DNA of 64,000 nt from Camelus dromedarius (Eukaryota): contig NC_087438.1 of assembly GCF_036321535.1 (NCBI RefSeq), positions 113,646,001 through 113,710,000 on the forward strand. The letters are read 5' to 3'. The notes beneath the pieces are model-generated. The model searched no databases. It was not told the origin of the DNA and saw only the letters and a program-made list of their open reading frames with translations. Of this stretch, positions 12,800-25,829 are shown piece after piece; within the stretch, counting starts at the first letter, position 1, and the number at the start of each line of letters is the position of its first letter. Made by a program: the position numbers and the translations under genes.

Positions 12800-13720
12800 G
12801 TGGCACATGGAGGAGATCAAGCCATTCTTTCATTCAAGAAGGAATAACTGAGGGCCTACCACAGGCCAGGTTCTGCGGCTACAGCTCTGAGTGACGTAAA
12901 TAAACCCTGCTCTCATGTAGCATACCTTCAAGGGAGATAAGACTGGCAATAAACAAATAACTGAACGGACAAACAAGGAAACAGCAGGTAGAGATGCTGG
13001 ACATAGGAAGGCAAGTAATGGCAAGTAATGATGGTGAGGGTGGGCAGGCTCCAAGGCCCCTCCAAGGAGGTGACACTGGAGTTGAGTCGGGATGAAGAGG
13101 ACACAGCCAGGTGAAAATCTGGGGGTAATAGCATTTTAGGCAAAGGGCCTAGGCACATGTAAAGGTCCTGAGGCAGGAGTAAACCTGGGAGTATGTAAGA
13201 ATCAGAAAAAGAAGAGAGAGGGGCCAGCGTGGCTAGAGGAGCAAAAAGGAGCATGTTGGAGCTGAGCTTGAGACCCAGACAAGGCCAGCTCAGCAAGGAC
13301 ATGTAGGCCAGGATAAAGGTTTTATTTTAAGCACAGTGGGAAGTGACTGTGCTATTGTTTTTGTTTTGCTTTTCAGTCTCCAATAAAAAAAATAAAAATT
13401 AGCTGTCAACATTTTAAGCAGGGAGTGATGTGTTGAGGGAGTAGAAGAGGGAGCAGCTGAGCAGTTCTCATGGGGACCTGGGCCAGGGAGGTGACCATGG
13501 CAGGTGCGGGATGGTTCAAGAGGTAGAGACGACAGGTCTGTTCCTGAGAAATTGAAGTCAAGGCATCCATGATGATTCTGGGGGGTTTTTCTCTGAGCTG
13601 CTGGATGAATGGGGGTGCTGTTTCCTGAGACACGGCAGACTGGAGAGACCGTGTTTGGCAGCTCTGTGGATGACGTGTACCTTGCTTTATGCTATCAGTC
13701 AAGGCTAGAAGGCCCAGCAC
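12800..13720 (-). mobile_element. L2 fragment
   Basis: Begins cattctttcattcaag...; degenerate L2 body (gaggtgacactggagttgag, ggatggttcaagagg). Confidence 0.55.
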
Positions 13721-13986
13721 TTACTGGAGGTGGTTTCTGTCCTTAGGAAATCGTGATCTGGGTGGGGAGTCAGAGGAATGAGCAGGCGATGACGATGCAG
13801 TGTGACAGCTGCAATGACAGGGAAGGAACGGGGAGCACGCACCCAGACCTGGGGGAGGGGTCTGCCTGCCTGAGGAAAGACCTCTAGGCTGATCTGCTCC
13901 AGTCCCTCCCTCCAGCCCCACTGCCCTCCCTGCTCACTGTGCTCCAGCCACACCAATCTTCCTCCTCTTCTAAAAGGCCATTTTTG

Positions 13987-14108
13987 GTGGGAGGGTGTAG
14001 CTCAGCGGTAGCGCACATGCTTAGCATGCGCGAGGTCCTGGGTTCAATCCCCAGTACTTCCATTAAAGTCAATCAATCAATCAATCAAATTACATCTCCC
14101 CCACCCCT
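13987..14108 (+). mobile_element. tRNA-Ala-derived SINE (Vic-1-like)
   Basis: gagggtgtagctcagcggtag...cttagca...ggttcaatccccagtacttcca head, (TCAA)n linker; no A tail, abuts L1. Confidence 0.9.
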
Positions 14109-14118
14109 GATTTTCAAG

Positions 14119-17100
14119 TTCCAGTCAAAAGCAGCAGAATAAACATTCTTTTCAAGTGCACATGGAACATTCTCCAGGACAGATCACATGCTAGGCCATA
14201 AAACAAATCTTGGTAAATTTAAAAAAAACTGAAATCATATCAAGCATCTTTTCAGACAACAACACTATAAGATTAGAAGTCAACGACAAGAAAAAAACTG
14301 CAAACACGTGGAGGCTAAATAATATGCTACTAAACAAACAATGGATCGCTTAAGAAATCAAAGAGGAAATCAAAAAATACTTTGAGACAAATGAAAATGA
14401 AAACACAACAATCCAAAACCTCTGGGACACAGCAAAAGCAGTTCTCAGGGGGAAGTTTATAGCGATACAAGCCTACTTCAGGAAAGAAGAAAAATCTCAA
14501 GGAAACAACGTAACTTTATATCTAAAGCAGCTAGAGAAAGAAGAACAAACAAAACCCTAAGTTAGTAGAAGAAATCATAAAGATTAGAGCAGAAATAAAT
14601 AAAATAGAGACTGAAAAAAACAATACAAAAGGTCAATGAAACTAAAAGCTGGTTCTTCGATAAACTTTTAGTCAGATTCATCAAGAAAAAAAGGGTGAGG
14701 GCCCAGATTAATAAAATCAGAAATGAAAAAGAAGTCACAACTGACAATACAGAAATACAAAGGATCATAAGAGGCTAATATGAACAACTATACACCAACA
14801 AAAAGGACAATGTAGAAGAAATGGACAATTTCTTAGAAAAATACAATTTGTCAAGACTGAACCCAGAAGAAATGGACAATATGAATAGACCACTTACCAG
14901 CACTGAAATTGAATCAGTAATTTAAAACCCAATAAACAGAAGTCCANNNNNNNNNNNNNNNNNNNNNNNNNNNNNNNNNNNNNNNNNNNNNNNNNNNNNN
15001 NNNNNNNNNNNNNNNNNNNNNNNNNNNNNNNNNNNNNNNNNNNNNNNNNNNNNNNNNNNNNNNNNNNNNNNNNNNNNNNNNNNNNNNNNNNNNNNNNNNN
15101 NNNNNNNNNNNNNNNNAAATCANNNNNNNNNNNNNNNNNNNNNNNNNNNNNNNNNNNNNNNNNNNNNNNNNNNNNNNNNNNNNNNNNNNNNNNNNNNNNN
15201 NNNNNNNNNNNNNNNNNNNNNNNNNNNNNNNNNNNNNNNNNNNNNNNNNNNNNNNCAATATCCATAAATCAATCAATGTGACACACCACATTAACAAATT
15301 GAGGAATAAAAACCATATGATCATACCAATAGATGCAGGGAAAGTTTCTGATAAAATTCAACATTCACTTATGACAAAAACTCTCCAGANNNNNNNNNNN
15401 NNNNNNNNNNNNNNNNNNNNNNNNNNNNNNNNNNNNNNNNNNNNNNNNNNNNNNNNNNNNNNNNNNNNNNNNNNNNNNNNNNNNNNNNNNNNNNNNNNNN
15501 NNNNNNNNNNNNNNNNNNNNNNNNNNNNNNNNNNNNNNNNNNNNNTTTTGGAAGTCCCAGCCACAGCAGAGAAGAAAAAGATAAAAGGAATCCAAATCGG
15601 AAAAGAAGTAAGACTGTCACTGTTTGCAGACGACATGATACTATACATAGAAAACCCTAAAGAAGTGATCAGAAAACTACTAGCACTCATCAATGAATTT
15701 GGCAAAGTTGCAGGATACACAATTAATATATAGAAATCAGTTGCATTTCTATACACTAACAATGAAATAGCAGAAAAAGAAATTAAGGAAACAATACCAT
15801 TTACCATTGCACCAAAAAGAATAAAATACCTAGGAATAAATAAACCTACCCAAGGAGGCAAAAGACCTGTGCTCTTAAAACTGTAAGACACTGATGAAAG
15901 AAACTGAAGACGACATAAACAAATGGAAAGATACACTGTGTTCTTGGATTGGAAGAAATCAGTATTGCTAAAATGGCCTTACTAGCCAAGGCAACATACA
16001 GATTCAATGCAATCCCTATCAAATTACCAATGACATTTTTCACAGAACAGGAACAAAAAGTGTTAAAATTTATATTGAAANNNNNNNNNNNNNNNNNNNN
16101 NNNNNNNNNNNNNNNNNNNNNNNNNNNNNNNNNNNNNNNNNNNNNNNNNNNNNNNNNNNNNNNNNNNNNNNNNNNNNNNNNNNNNNNNNNNNNNNNNNNN
16201 NNNNNNNNNNNNNNNNNNNNNNNNNNNNNNNNNNNNNNNNNNNNNNNNNNNNNTCCATGCATTTATGGTCAATTAATCTATGACAAAGGAGGCAAGAATG
16301 TACAATGGAGAAAAGACAGTCTCTTCAATAAGTGGTGCTGGGGAAACTGGATAGCTACCTGTGAAAGAATGAAATTAAAGCATTCTCTAACACCATACAC
16401 AAAAATAAACTCAAAATGAATTAAAGATTTAAATGTTAAGACCAGATACTATAAAACTCCTAGAGGAAAACACAGGCCGAACACTCACAGACATAAATCA
16501 CAGCAATATATTTTTTGAACCAGCTCCTGGAGTAACAAAAATAAAAGCAAAAATAAACAAAAGGGATCTAATTAAACTTAAAAGCTTTTGCACAGCTAAG
16601 GATACCATCAACAAAAAGAAAAGACAACCTACAGAATGGGAGAAAATATTTACAAATGTTGCGACCAACAAGGGACTAATTTCCAAAATATACAAACAGC
16701 TCATACACCTTACTATCAAAGAAACAAGCAACCCAATCAAAAAATGGGCAGAAGACCTAAATAGACATCTCTCCAAAAAAGACATCCAGAAGGCCAACAA
16801 ACACATGAAAAAATGCTCAACATCACTAATTGTTAGAGAAATGCAAATCAAAACTACAAAGAGGTATCACCTGACACCAGTCAGAATAGCCATCACTAAA
16901 ACGTCTATAAATGATAAATGCTGGAGAGGGTGTGGAGAAAAAGGAACCTTCCTACAGTGTTGGTGGGAATGTAAAGTTGTGCAGCCCCTATGGATGACAG
17001 TATGGAGATTCCTTAACAAACGAAAAATAGACTTACTGTATGATCCAGAAATCCCACTCCTGGGCATATATCCTGAGAAAATTATAATTCAAAAAGNNNN

Positions 17101-17480
17101 NNNNNNNNNNNNNNNNNNNNNNNNNNNNNNNNNNNNNNNNNNNNNNNNNNNNNNNNNNNNNNNNNNNNNNNNNNNNNNNNNNNNNNNNNNNNNNNNNNNN
17201 NNNNNNNNNNNNNNNNNNNNNNNNNNNNNNNNNNNNNNNNNNNNNNNNNNNNNNNNNNNNNNNNNNNNNNNNNNNNNNNNNNNNNNNNNNNNNNGAAGCC
17301 AGAAAGAGAAAGAAAAATGTCATATGATGTCACTTATATGTGGAATCTAAAAAAAAAAGGACACAAAAGAACTTATCTACAAAACAGAAACAGACTCACA
17401 GACATAGAGAACAAACTTATGGTTACCAGAGGGTAAAGGGGGTGGGAAGGGAATTCCAAATTGGGAATTCGAAAATTGCA
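14119..17480 (+). mobile_element. LINE-1 fragment (ORF2 from endonuclease 3' half through RT and Cys-rich C-terminus, plus proximal 3' UTR); inactive
   Basis: Translations give L1 ORF2 motifs: LFADDMILY (RT YADD-type), CWRGCGEKG...CWWEC knuckle, [12 protein letters not shown]2 is broken by stops/frameshifts; five N runs. Confidence 0.95.
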
Positions 17481-20206
17481 CCTCTTGGGGAGTGATGGAA
17501 ATGTTAGCTATCTTGAATGCTCCATAGTTTTTGGACGTTGAATGAGGCTGAAAGGACACTCATCCCTCAGCTGCAAAAGTGACAGGACTTGAAAATTCCA
17601 AAATGCTAGCTCCAGCAAAGCCTTTACAGCCCAGCCTGCTGTAAACGAAGAGACCGAGGCCCAGAGAGGGGACTGGATTTGTGCAGCTCACACAGCAGGG
17701 CAGTGGCAGAGCTAGGATGGGAGCCCAGCTGTGCTGACGGCTGGCTCAGAGCCTCTCCCACCCTGTCCCCACTTCTACCAGTCCACCTCCTTCCCTCTCC
17801 AGCCTTCTGCCTCTCAAGATGTCAGAAACCAGCAGATTGGAGCCAATAGGAAGTCCCTGAGTACCTTTCACCCGGGAGAAGGTGTTGTGTTACAGGGAGG
17901 CAGATGGGGCGGCCCATTAGTGAGCTATCACTGAATTCCTGTGGGTTCCATTAGTGCCTCGGATTAACCCGCTGGCACCTGCTGGAAGTGAAAAGCACAG
18001 AGACCCCAGAGGGGGTGAGTAATGGGGTAAGCCACCTTTGATAAGGCCAGGGGTGCTGAGCTGGAGATACAGAGAAGGGGTATTTCCTCCTTCCCTGGAT
18101 GGTGAGTTTCCTTGGAGAGGGTGCCAGGTAGTGTCAGGGACGAAAAAGACCAGGACTCAGGATCACGGCACTTCAGAGCCAGAGGGAGCCGGCTGAGCTG
18201 ACCCTTTGTACAGACTGACAACTGAACAGCAGAGAGAAGTCTGAGTCACTCGTGGAGATCCAGGGTTCCCGCCCATCACACTACATTATAGGACTTGAGT
18301 GAACCACAGGAATTGTGGCTAAAAATACAGACGACCATTACTGAGGCCCAGAGCTAAGTGCTTTACATATGTTATTCTCACAGCAACCCTGGGAGGTAGG
18401 TATTATTATCTCAGTCTAAATGGGAAAACTCAGAGGCTCCCAGTGGTTGAGTAGTCTGCCCCAAATCACACAGCTAGTACTTGGAAGAGCCAATATTTGG
18501 ACCCGGGGCAGCCTGATCACCAAATCCTCATCTTTGTCATCACACCATCTTGCAAGCAGCAGAAATAGACAGAACCACCATCTGCTAATACTGTCTGCAG
18601 AGCCCTTTGCATGGCCATGCTTTTTATTTTAAGCACTTGAAGATGACATTATTGTCCTATTTTACAAGTGGAAGAGAAGACCCAAGGCACAGTGAGCCCA
18701 CCTCACGTCACGCACACAGATACTGCCCGAATCAGCATGCAAACCCGTTCCATCGCCAAGGCTCTGGGCCACTCCACTGCGTGAGTGTGAGGGCCGCCGC
18801 TCTAGGACAAGTGTGTGTATGTGCCTGCCTGTCCGCTTGGCATCCAGACTGATCCTTCCACTTGCTCATCTGTTCATTCCGTCACAGAACACATGCAGTA
18901 TGAGAGCCTGCTGTGTCTGCCAGGGCCTTGCTTACGAGACCACTGGGCTTCTAGGACTGTGCAGCTTCCCTTCTACTTGGGGAACAGGACAGACAGACAA
19001 CAATTCCAACAGGATAGGGATGGGCATTGGGTGTCATGGCATCACCTTGTCCTCAGGGGCAGAGAAGGCTGGGCTGAGTTCTATAAGCCAATCAAACATT
19101 GTCCAGGCAGAGAGAGGAGCCAGGAGCAGCCCATGTAGAGGCCCAGAGGTATAAGAAATCTCCAATTCCAGCAACAGCCTGGACCAGAACTTCAGCTCTG
19201 GGAGGAGCCAGGAGGAACTGGAGATTTAAGAAGTGGCTGGAATGTGGACTTTATCCTCAAGACGCTGGGGAACCACTGAAGGATGTGTGTCGTGATGATT
19301 TGCATTTAGAAAGCTTGATGTCTGGAAGAAGGATGTGGTGGGCTGGGGGTAGATGCCTGGAGGCTGCTTTGGTGGAGTTTCCAAAGATAAGGAGGGCTAG
19401 GGTGATTGATTAGATCTGGGAGTGGGGGGCAGAGCAGAGGCCAGGGTTCTGACGGCTAGGACAGGCAAATGGAAGGGTGGGTGCTGGGAGGATGAGAGAG
19501 GAGTTCCCTGGGCCTGCTGAGTATGAGATGCCTGAGGAGCATCCAAGGGGCTCTGTCTACAGTGTGGCTGGACTTAAGCTGGGATTTCATGCCCACTGGT
19601 CTTAAGGTTTTGCAAAGAGCCAACCCCTGACTTTCCTACCCTGTGCCTTATTTTCCTCATCTGTAAAATGGGTATAATAACATTATCTCATGGAGTTGTG
19701 ACGATGAAAAGGATATAAAACATGTAATTGATGTATAAAGCATTTAACATAGTCCCAGGCACATGGAGATGCTTAATAAAGGTTAGTTAAATAAATGTAT
19801 GAATGGATGATTCTTTAGGCTGTGGCTGCCAGAAGTTATTTGGGAAAAAAGAGTTGATTTAAAAATTCAAGAGCCTTTTCCCTCCTTCTTCAATACCCAG
19901 GGCTGCGTTGCAGGGTAGGAGGGAAGTATAGTAAGGCTAATGTTAACCTGGGAAGAACTGGGTTAAGGAGAGCATGGTGACTTTTTCCATCCTCACCCCT
20001 ACTCTGGAGACACACAGACATACATCTTTCTAGGAGGTAAAAAACTGAGTCGCTATAAACTTATACAACTGGGGAGGGGGGAGCTCTGAGGGGTTTCGGA
20101 GGACATTCTATGGGTGTAAGGCTTTGGGATATTGTTTTGGGTGGAAAGAAATGGCCAAGCCTTTTCTGTGCTCTCTCTCAATGGAGCTGGGGATCTGCAG
20201 GAAAGC

Positions 20207-20330
20207 TTTTTGTTTTTGAGTGGGGATTAGGTTTATTTATCTCTATTTTCAGAAGAGGTACTGGGGATTGAACCCGGACCTTGTGCATGCTAAGTATGTG
20301 CTCTACCTCTTGAGCTATACCCTCACCTCC
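20207..20330 (-). mobile_element. tRNA-Ala-derived SINE (Vic-1-like)
   Basis: gaggtactggggattgaacc...gagctataccctc with tail attaggtttatttat. Confidence 0.85.
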
Positions 20331-20440
20331 AGAAAGCACTTTTTAATCTAGGGAGTAGAGAAAAGAGCTCAGGGTAGAGCTCAGAATTGAGTTCATTCAT
20401 TCATTCACTCATTCATTCATCCATTCTTTCAACTAATTCA

Positions 20441-20662
20441 GTGGTTCTCAACCAGGGGTGATTTTTGCTCCCAGGTGAACAGTGTGAATGCCTAGAGACA
20501 TTTTGGGGTGCCCCAGCTGGTGTGCGGGAGAAGGTTTGCTATTGGCATTTAGTCGGGTGAGGCCAGGGAGGCTGCTAAATATCCCAAAATGCAGCAGATA
20601 ATCCCCATTACAAAGAACTTTCCAGTCCCAAATGTCAATAGTGTGGAGGTGAAGAAATCCTG
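20441..20662 (+). mobile_element. MER20-like hAT MITE
   Basis: cagtggttctcaaccaggggtgatttttgctccc start; aatgtcaatagtg...gaagaaatcctg end. Confidence 0.75.
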
Positions 20663-21179
20663 ATCTCATTAGCATGTGCCTACTAGGAAACACTGCAGGG
20701 CAAGGAGACAGCATACTTTACCACCAGGTAGGGGAGACACCACTAAATTTATCAGGCGGTGATAAGTGTTATCAGGAAAATGTGAGAGATGCCAGGGGCT
20801 ACAGCACAGGGAAGAGACCTTGTCTTTTCAACTGCAAGGAGCTGGGGGAATGGAACTGCTAAGGCAAAGGCCCTGAAGGCTGCAGCGCATTTGGTTTCAT
20901 TTATTCTGAAAATACTTCTGAAGGCCTCCTGGGTGTCAGGCTCGGTCCCAGGTTCAGAGTACGCGTCAGAGGGCCGTACAGACACAAATTCCTGCCCTCA
21001 GCGACAGCGCCCCCTCTGGCCCCGAGGGAGACTGTCTAATAATGAGGACAAGTGTCTCCTCTGGGCCCTGAGGAGGTGGCCCTGGACCCAACATGGGAGG
21101 TGAGAGGTGAGCCACCCTGGGAGAGGAGACCACCAGGGGCAGGCTGGTGTGGCGGGTGGACTAGCAGATGAGTTGAAAG

Positions 21180-21459
21180 GGGGCTACGTCTGAATGTCTG
21201 CGTCTCCCCCAAATTCATATGCTAAAGTCCTAACCCCCCAGAGTGGAAGTCTCAGGGGCCTTTGAGAGGTGATTGGGACATAAGGGCCTGCATGGGATTA
21301 GTGCCCTTATAAAGGAGGCCCCAGAGAGCTCCCTGTCCCCCAGGCTGGCACCCTGACCTCCCACTTCCAGCCTCCGGAACTGTGAGAAGTAGATTTCCGT
21401 TGCTTATAAGCCATTCGGTCCGTAGTACTTGGTTACAGCAGCCCTAACAGACTAAGACA
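21180..21459 (+). mobile_element. MLT1A-like MaLR LTR (internally deleted)
   Basis: ccccaaattcatatgctaaagtcctaacccc; gattagtgcccttataaaggaggccccagagag; cagcctccggaactgtgagaa; ends gactaagaca. Confidence 0.75.
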
Positions 21460-21693
21460 AGAGGTCACAGGACCCAGATCATTGGCCACTCTCACCCAGA
21501 GGGAAGTGGGAGCCAGAGCAGGGTTTTGAGGAGAGGCACGACCTGACCTTCTGGTGGCCCTGGCTGCTGAGAGGAGGGTAGACTGCAGGGTCTCACAGAA
21601 GCAGCAGGGAGACAGGCCAGTGAAAGGATGGTGCGATAATCTGAGACAGGATGGAAGGGGGCAGGGCACAGCCAATCAAGGAATAATGGCAAT

Positions 21694-22276
21694 TTAATAC
21701 CAAAATGGTGGAAGGTTCACCTCCTGGTTGGCCTTAAGGAGGTTTGACTTCTAGGAGACCTTGAGCTTCATTATATGCTCATTGTAACAGCCTGATCAAA
21801 TAACATGCCCGCAGGTGCCATGACAGCCCCAAGGCTAACTGCAAAAGGCCAAAGAATGGGCGGTGGCCCCATCCCTGGGAATCCCAGCCCCTTCCCCAGG
21901 GCAGTTGGAATGGTCCCACCTATAGGTGTGTGAAGCTACTGAGCCCATAAAACATGGCAACACCAGACCTAGTGGCCCTTTTCTCTCCCTACTCTTTGGA
22001 GGTGGCCCGCACTCTGTCTATGGAGTGTGTGCCTACTTTTACTTTAACCTGAGCACCCAATTCCCACACCTCTTTCCTTCCTTGCCTTTCTCTTGCCTTA
22101 CACTCTATGCAGTGTGCACCTCTCTAAATAAATCAACCTTTACTCAACGGTGGCTCGCACTTGAATTCTTTCCTGCGCGGAGCCAAGGACCCACACTTGG
22201 CGGGGCACGTCCCATGGCCTCAACCGAGACCTGGGACTCGGCCCTGCTCATTCCCCACATTCGCTTTCCTGCATCA
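21694..22276 (+). mobile_element. Solo ERV1 LTR (MER41/MER4-group-like)
   Basis: aaataaa near 22127, gaattctttcctgcgcggagccaaggaccc U5 signature, ends tttcctgcatca. Confidence 0.6.
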
Positions 22277-23158
22277 AATCCAGGGGACGGGTGTTCAGGG
22301 CTCAGACTTATGTGTGGGAGACCCAGGGAAACCAGTGCTTTAGGGACACATTCTGGAGTTGACAAGAACGCATGAGAAGTCCACTGTGGCCATGGAGGAA
22401 GGAGAGGAATCAGAGACAGCACCTTGTCTGGGCTTGAGTATCTGTGGCTAGAATGCCATTTACTGCATCAGGGGGAGACGGGGGAAGCAGGATTGGGAAG
22501 ATGGGGAGAGAGTCCTAGGCACATGAAAACAGCAGATAGTCACTAGGAATGCCTGCTGGCTTGGAGATGGCTACTGGACAACCACGTGGAGAAGCCAGAA
22601 CTAAGGAAATACACGTGGGTGTGACTGGCTTATGCATGCTTTTCAAAAGTCACAGCACAGGAACAGATCACTTAGGGAAAGAGTGTCGACATGAAAAAGA
22701 TGCCCAGGGACCACGCAGTGGGGGAGGCGGAGTGTGTTACACTGTGACGCCAAGCAGAGGGGGAATCTGTTTAGGAGACTGAGAAGGAGCAGCCAGTGAG
22801 GAAGGAGGAAAACCAGGACATTTGGGGGAAGAACCAAAGCTTTTCAAGAAAGCAAGAGGAAGTCATACGCACAAAACTGATACTAGTGGGTGAATCTGGG
22901 AAGGGGAACTGGGTGTCTGGGGACAGGAGTAGAAGAAAGGGAGACTTAATAGGGACCATAGGTTGGAGGTCCAAATGCAGTTGAGGTGCTGCTGGAGGGA
23001 AGAGTAGGTGAAAAGGAGGGAGAGGAAGTGCCAGTCAAAGGGAGTGAGAATCCCTGAGACTGGGATTTTGGAGGAGGTGTGATGCTGGCAGTGGGAGTCA
23101 AGGACAGGATCATAGAAGGGAGTGGCTGAGGGGGGTGAAGGGTGAAGTGATGGTGATG

Positions 23159-23738
23159 TGTAACCAGAAGAACAACCAGGCATGGCTTTCTTGACGTAAG
23201 AGGAGCCATTTTTGGCCTAAGTCATTTTGTGATCTAAGCCTGGCCACACGGTTTGCCCTTGAAGAGGGCTCAGTAATCAGTGATCTTAAGGAAAGTAAGG
23301 GACTGCAGGAACAAAGGAAAAGCAGTCAAAACACAATAGTTCAGATAAAACAGGGTCTTAGTTCCTCCTCAAGGGATACACGTAACAATGGAATACATTT
23401 TTGAGTTCTGCAGGAACTCAGGCCCCCACCCAGGTGGAGGATGGAATGATGCTGACCCTCGTGACCTCAATCAACTAAAGCTTGGACAACTCAACCTTGG
23501 CTCCAAGTCTATGCTGAACTCTCCTCTGCTCAAGCCCCTTCATGAATATGCATGTACCCCTAGCTTAAGACCGCCCCAATTTTGCAGTTTGGGGAGACAC
23601 TATTTTGGGAGAGAGCCACACCCACATCCAGTGTTCTCCTTACTTGCTTCAAGTAATAAATCCTTCTCCCAATCTTTGGCTTGATTGTGCCTTTTGGCTA
23701 GACACCCATCAAGAGATGAACCCAGTTCTCAGGTAACA
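23159..23738 (+). mobile_element. Solo ERV1-type LTR (copy A)
   Basis: TGTAACC...GGTAACA near-inverted termini; AATAAA 23655-23660; shares identical 17-22 nt blocks with copy B. Confidence 0.8.
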
Positions 23739-24399
23739 ATAGGATTTAGAGGAGTGGATGTCTGACCAGTGAAAGCTGCCTCTAAGAAGCTTGTGTGAGA
23801 GAATAAGGAGGGGTTGTGGGCTGTCTAGCATGGCAGTAGTAAGCCCACAGGAAGTAATGTTTCAAGAAGAGAGGAGGAGAAATGGGTTGCAAAGCTCCAC
23901 AAGGAGCAAGCAAGAAAGTGGTTTTATCCCCTAGACCCTGATCTACAGGCGTGTGCGGGAAAAACCAACAGCTTCCCTGGAGGGGGCAGTGAGGGAACAG
24001 GGTCCTGGTGTGTTGGGGGAAGGTTAGGTTTCAGGGCAGGAAGGGGAAGCGAACCTGCAGAAAAGAGGCTGTGGGTTCAGCAGTTTTCTGAGGAGGACAC
24101 CATGGCAGGGTGGTCTCTTAAGGTGGGGCGGGGGACACTGGGTCAGATTAGGAGTTGAGCTAGGACTTGTGAGAACCAGGGTCCAGGTGATGTAAGAGGG
24201 ACTCCGTGGGAAGCTCGGGCTTCTGGTGGTCAGCGATCTAACAGTTCCACAGTTCCTCTCCAACACATATTCTGAGTCACACCTTTAATAAATGTTTGCT
24301 ATTACTTTTTTTTTTTGGCTATTACTTTTACTATTTTTCCAGGCTGCCAGAAGACGGAGCTTCTGAATTCCTCTGGGGCGGCCCTCCCAGTTCACCTCA

Positions 24400-24940
24400 G
24401 AGGGAAACAGGCTGGGGCGGGTCTCGGATTCCAGCCTGGCGGCTGGAGCCACCGCGCACCGCACCCCCTCCCCGCCTCCCCGCCCCCGGCTGCCCTCCGG
24501 GCAGCTCCTTATCTGCCAAGGAGCTCCCCAGCTAGGTCTGGTTCAAATGTTGCCTTCAGAGCTCCAGGGAGCTGGGTGTGTCTTCCGTGCTTTACAAAAT
24601 CGAAGGAAAACAAACAAAAAAAGCCTGGGCGAATCTCCTAGCCCAGGTAGCAAGCCGGCTGGGCGCGAGACTCACCTTAGAAGCGCGCCGCGGGCGGAGC
24701 GGAGGCGGGAACCACGCGAGGCGCCGCGCTGGGAGCGAGAAAGAGGCGGAGCCCGAGGCGCAGGCCCCGCCCCGCCCCTCCCCCGGCCGGGCGGGGCCAC
24801 CGCCGTCCTCCGCGGCAACCGCCCTCCCCACCCAGCTGAACCTTAGAGGCCCCAGGCGCCGCCCACCCGGGCGCTGGCCCACGTCCTCCCACTCCGAGGG
24901 AGGCAGCCCCTGACCTGGCTGTTAGCCACTTGCTGGGTGG
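24400..24940. promoter_or_regulatory. CpG island with clustered GC boxes; candidate (bidirectional) promoter
   Basis: Dense CpG (agcgcgccgcgggcggagcggaggcgg; ccccgccccgcccctcccccggccgggcgggg) with several Sp1-type GGGCGG motifs. Confidence 0.75.
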
Positions 24941-25161
24941 CCTTGGGCGGGTTGCCTCCAGTCTCTGGGCCTCAGTTTTTCTCATCTAATAGAAGACGCT
25001 GGACTCGATTTCTCCAGGGTCCCTCCTTGGAGCGGTGCAATGACCTACCTGAAAGGCTTCCCTCCCCCGTAGCCTTCAGGTGGACCCTGAGTTATCTCGG
25101 ATGGTATTTATGGGTTCTGCATCCTTGGGGGCAGAACTGTTCAGTGCATCTGTGCTTCTCA

Positions 25162-25492
25162 GCAGAGGTCTGCACGCTTTTTCTATGAAGGGCCAGATAA
25201 TAAATATTTCAGGCTTTCTAGGCCATACGCTCTCTGTCACAACTCTTCAACTCTGCCCTTGTAGCAAAAGCAGCCAAGGACGATATAAACTAATGAACGG
25301 GGCTGTGTTCCCATAAGACTTTGTTTATGGCAGCTGATTTGAATTTCTTATAATTCTCAGGCATCAAGAAAATTTGATTCCTCTTTTTATATATATGTTT
25401 TTCTTTCACTTAAAAACACAGAAAGCATTCCTTGCCTAGCAGGCTGCACTCAATCAGGCTGCTTGCCCACAGGCGACAGTTTGCAACCCCTG
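25162..25492 (+). mobile_element. MER58-like hAT MITE
   Basis: cagaggtctg...aagggccagataataaatatttcaggc...caactctgcccttgtagc; ends tttgcaacccctg. Confidence 0.75.
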
Positions 25493-25829
25493 GTTTATGG
25501 CCCAGGCTTTGTAATGTGGGCTTTGGGGCTGGTTCCTCCTCTGCAAAATACTGACAAACTTCAGTACGGTTGTGGAGATGAAGTCAGACCACAGATAAAG
25601 CTACTGCATAATTGATGTTATTCTCCGTGTTGAAGCTGGTATGTGTCCCGAGCAGAAGATGGGGACTTAGAGGTCAGAATGGTGTCTTGTTGGGCCCCGC
25701 ACTCCCCACCGCCCACCCCCATTTCCTGAGTGCTTACTACGTGGATAAGCACTGTAATAACTGTTCAACACGCAAATCTCATTCAATCATCTCAGGGCTA
25801 GGAGACAATTCTGTCTAAGATAAGGTAAG

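Noticed and set aside
16433-17350. 305-aa ORF (longest in the window) as a host gene
   Set aside because: It is the C-terminal part of L1 ORF2 from a truncated, interrupted element
24400-24985. PWWP2A first coding exon at the CpG island
   Set aside because: None of the six frames resembles the PWWP2A N-terminus as I recall it; the GC-rich ORFs are low-complexity chance ORFs
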